A stretch of DNA of 64,000 nt from Lama glama (taxonomy: Eukaryota): contig CM052817.1 in assembly GCA_028534125.1 (NCBI GenBank), positions 32,736,001-32,800,000 of the forward strand, given 5' to 3'. Positions 61,001 to 64,000 of the stretch are shown here, one piece after another (position 1 is the stretch's first letter; every line of letters starts with the position of its first letter). Below the pieces are notes generated by a model that saw only the letters and a program-made list of their open reading frames with translations, ran no database searches and was not told the DNA's origin. Both the position numbers and the translations under genes were made by a program.

Positions 61001-61729
61001 GAGAGAAGGGGCAGGATCCTTGTAAGCTTGTACGATTCTTCCCGCTGGAGAAAAGAAGAAAATGATCTCAGGGAACACGAGCGCCGTTTAGTTGCAATAT
61101 TGTCAGACCTTCCATTTCACCAAGGGAACTCCTAACAATAAATAACGGTATTTGTTAATAATGCAGTCAGGTCAGTTTCTAATGTTCAGTGTGTTAAAAG
61201 TCCTTCGGAAAATGGGTGCTGTGGGTTTTCCTACTCTCCAGGAAAAGAGCAGAAATTCACTAGTTGTTCTAAGTCATGTTTAAAACTTGAATGTATTCTG
61301 AGTTATTGTCATCAGATTACTTATCATATTGGTCTTCTACATTCCCAGAAAAAGTGACAAGCTGTTAAGACTTACATCATTGAGAGGAGAAGAAAATCTC
61401 AGATTTTGCCCTGAATGAAAAGGAGAACTCTTTTCACCTTTTCTTTTACCTTCAGTTTATATGTTACATTGAAATAGAGAAAGAGGGTGGAAGAAACCTT
61501 CCAGAATAAGAAAGATAAAATCCGATACAGTAGCAAGGGACTATAATTGTAGAACACTAGTTCTTCTTTCTCCCTGAGTGTGGAAAGGGGAGACTGTGGG
61601 CTATTTGCTACCATGGAAACCAACCAAGGTATGTGGGGGGGAGGGAAGGCCCATTAGAGGAACTTAAAGATCTACTTTTTTCAAAGTTAAAGTATTCTGG
61701 TCAATAGGTGATCTTTCTAATGGCAAGAG

Positions 61730-61730
<1 letters not shown>

Positions 61731-61763
<33 letters not shown>
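61731..61763 (+). repeat. (TG)n microsatellite
   Basis: Seen directly. Confidence 0.95.
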
Positions 61764-61767
<4 letters not shown>

Positions 61768-62379
61768 TTCAGCGTGCGTGTCCTTTGTATTTAAGTTCCA
61801 AACTGCCTTCTCTCCTGCTTTGTCTTCTGAACCTAATGATTCTGTCTTTCAGTCCGGCCTCTACTAAAAAGAAGGTTGACAATTAAAAAAAAAAAATCAT
61901 TGTGTCCCCACTGTGTACCAGGAAAGCTCTCTGGAGTGAAATGCATGGGACTGTAAGAAATCCAACACACAGTGCATGGAGCCATCAGATGAAAACCCTC
62001 TATTATGTTTACTTCTATCTGTTGCTAGTTTCACACCCAGAGAGCTCCTAGAAAATGAGCAGCTTAAAATGAATTCTATCCCCTCCTTAATCCAGACGCT
62101 GCTTCTGAGCCATGGTTCTTTTTAATTTTTGAAACTGAATGATAAAAGCGCTATTAAAAGTTGTCCTCAGCAAAGAAGCAGGAGACACGCCTCCCATGTT
62201 TTCTGTTCCTTTATACTTCCATGTCCCAGGAAGCACCTTTCCTTTTCCTTACCAGTTCTTTAGTCCCTTCCAAACTACCATGGAAGGCAAAGGAGCAATG
62301 GACCAGATGTTTGGAAAGCTGGTGAGGACGTCAAAGTCTCTCTTTCAGGAAGGAGGCTATAGGAGCAAAGATACCAGCT

Positions 62380-62495
62380 CAGGATAAACGTGCTGCTGTG
62401 GATGATGGGGCATTCCCATCACCGGAAGTATTCTTGATTAGGCTGAACAATCTCTCAGCAGGGATACTGTAGGAGAAAGTTGGACTAGATGCCCT
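62380..62495 (+). mobile_element. CR1/L3 3' end remnant
   Basis: ttcccatcaccggaagtattc...aggctgaacaatctct...ttggactagatgccct. Confidence 0.6.
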
Positions 62496-62521
62496 ATCCT
62501 ATATATATATATATATATATA

Positions 62522-63003
62522 TTTTTTAATAGACTATTTTTTTAGAGCAGTTTTAGATTCACAGCAACGTTGAGCAGAAGGCACAGACTTCCCATATGTA
62601 GCCCGTNNNNNNNNNNNNNNNNNNNNNNNNNNNNNNNNNNNNNNNNNNNNNNNNNNNNNNNNNNNNNNNNNNNNNNNNNNNNNNNNNNNNNNNNNNNNNN
62701 NNNNNNNNNNNNNNNNNNNNNNNNNNNNNNNNNNNNNNNNNNNNNNNNNNNNNNNNNNNNNNNNNNNNNNNNNNNNNNNNNNNNNNNNNNNNNNNNNNNN
62801 NNATGGGCAACCACTGTTCTTCTTACTGTCATCTTAGTTTTGCCTTTTCTGGAATGTCATACAGTTGGGATCATACAGTAAGTGACCTTTTCAGATTGGC
62901 TTCTTTTACTTAGTAATATGCATTTAGGCTTCCTCCATGGCCTTTCGTGGCTTGATAGCTCATTTATATCTAGTGCTGAACAGTCCATTGTCTGGATGTA
63001 CTA
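62522..63003 (-). mobile_element. L1MC-like 3' end with a (TA)n tail at ~62500-62522 and an N gap
   Basis: ttttagagcagttttagattcacagcaacgttgagcagaagg...ttgccttttctggaatgtcatacagttgggatcatacagta...ccttttcagattggcttctttt. Confidence 0.85.
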
Positions 63004-63229
63004 AGATCCTTTCAGGGTGTGTGTTGATTTCTACAGACTGCAGGACAGCACTGATAGGGTAGTCACAGGGTGAAATAAAAAGGAAGGGACAGCCCCACGG
63101 CTGTGATTTCCAGTGAAGGAGGCCGAGGTCAGATTTCTGAATGACAGACGCTGCTAATACTGGGATCAGTCTTGGTGTGGCTTGTGCAGAGACCACAACG
63201 CCACACAACCAGAATGTGTGAGGCCTTGT

Positions 63230-63720
63230 TCAGTAGAGGTGACAGAGATCCAACTCAAACTGGCATACTCTCAAAAGCAACTGTGTTGATTCCTGTAACT
63301 GAGAATTGTAAGGGGTGTCTGGATTTTCAGGTGTGGCTGAATGCAGGGCAGGAAAAGATGCCATCAGGGTCCTGGCCTCTCTGCCTCTAAACTGCTTTCT
63401 TTTGGGTTGGCTTCATTCTGAGCCTGACTCCCCCACAAGGTGGCAGGATGGCTACCTGGGGCTCCTGGCTCACTTTCTACCAGCTGATTAACACCAGTGC
63501 AAGTGAAGTACCCCTTTCCCCAGCAAAACTCTCTGGGAGGTATTTCATTGGTCCAGCCCTGAATGAATCCCTGTGCCTTACTGGTATCGACTCCTGGAAT
63601 TAGGGATGTGTGTCTCCCCACCACCAATGCCAGAGCAACATAAGAATGAAGCAGGAGAAGTTTCCAAAGCAAAATTGGGGTACTCTTATTAAAGAATGGA
63701 AAAAGATCTGAGCAAGTAAC
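63230..63720 (-). mobile_element. MaLR LTR (MLT1K-like)
   Basis: gtgacagagatccaactcaaactggc...gggttggcttcattct...ccctgaatgaatccctgtg. Confidence 0.7.
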
Positions 63721-64000
63721 ATCAATAAATACTCCCTGTGCCAGGCTGTAGGAAAACAGTTCTATAAAGCAGAGCTAAGTGTCAATACATAGTACAGAAA
63801 AGCAATGAAAATAGTGGTCTTGAACAGTGGTCTCAAAAAAATCAACTGAAAAAGAACCTCATCATACTCTTTTATAATTGAAAATTAAATGACTGGCAGG
63901 GCCCAATCTCTCCTTTTCTGGGCTTTTATGTTCTTTGTGACGGTGGAGAAGTGTGGAAGAAATGGTGAGTTCACACTCGGCATCCTTTCCATTTCTAGTG

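Noticed and set aside
1-64000. CRISPR arrays, operons or other prokaryotic systems
   Set aside because: The sequence is mammalian; no regularly spaced repeat-spacer structure or dense coding was seen.

Overview
Mammalian genomic DNA, most likely a camelid, inferred from two tRNA-derived SINEs and L1 3' ends resembling camelid families. I see no intact protein-coding gene. The first 3.8 kb hold the main feature: a disabled copy of the domesticated retroviral envelope gene HEMO (ERVMER34-1) on the minus strand (~2075 to ~495). It has a MER34-like 3' LTR, an integrase remnant upstream, and a well-preserved CpG-island promoter with plausible non-coding exons. A heavily eroded HNRNPA1 processed pseudogene lies at ~51280-52160 (+). 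The rest is intergenic and rich in old repeats (MIR, L2, L1M, MaLR/ERVL LTRs, hAT and Tigger fossils, CR1), with younger L1s and SINEs, microsatellites and six N gaps. Protein and repeat-family assignments come from recalled sequences, not from searches, so subfamily names and boundaries are approximate.
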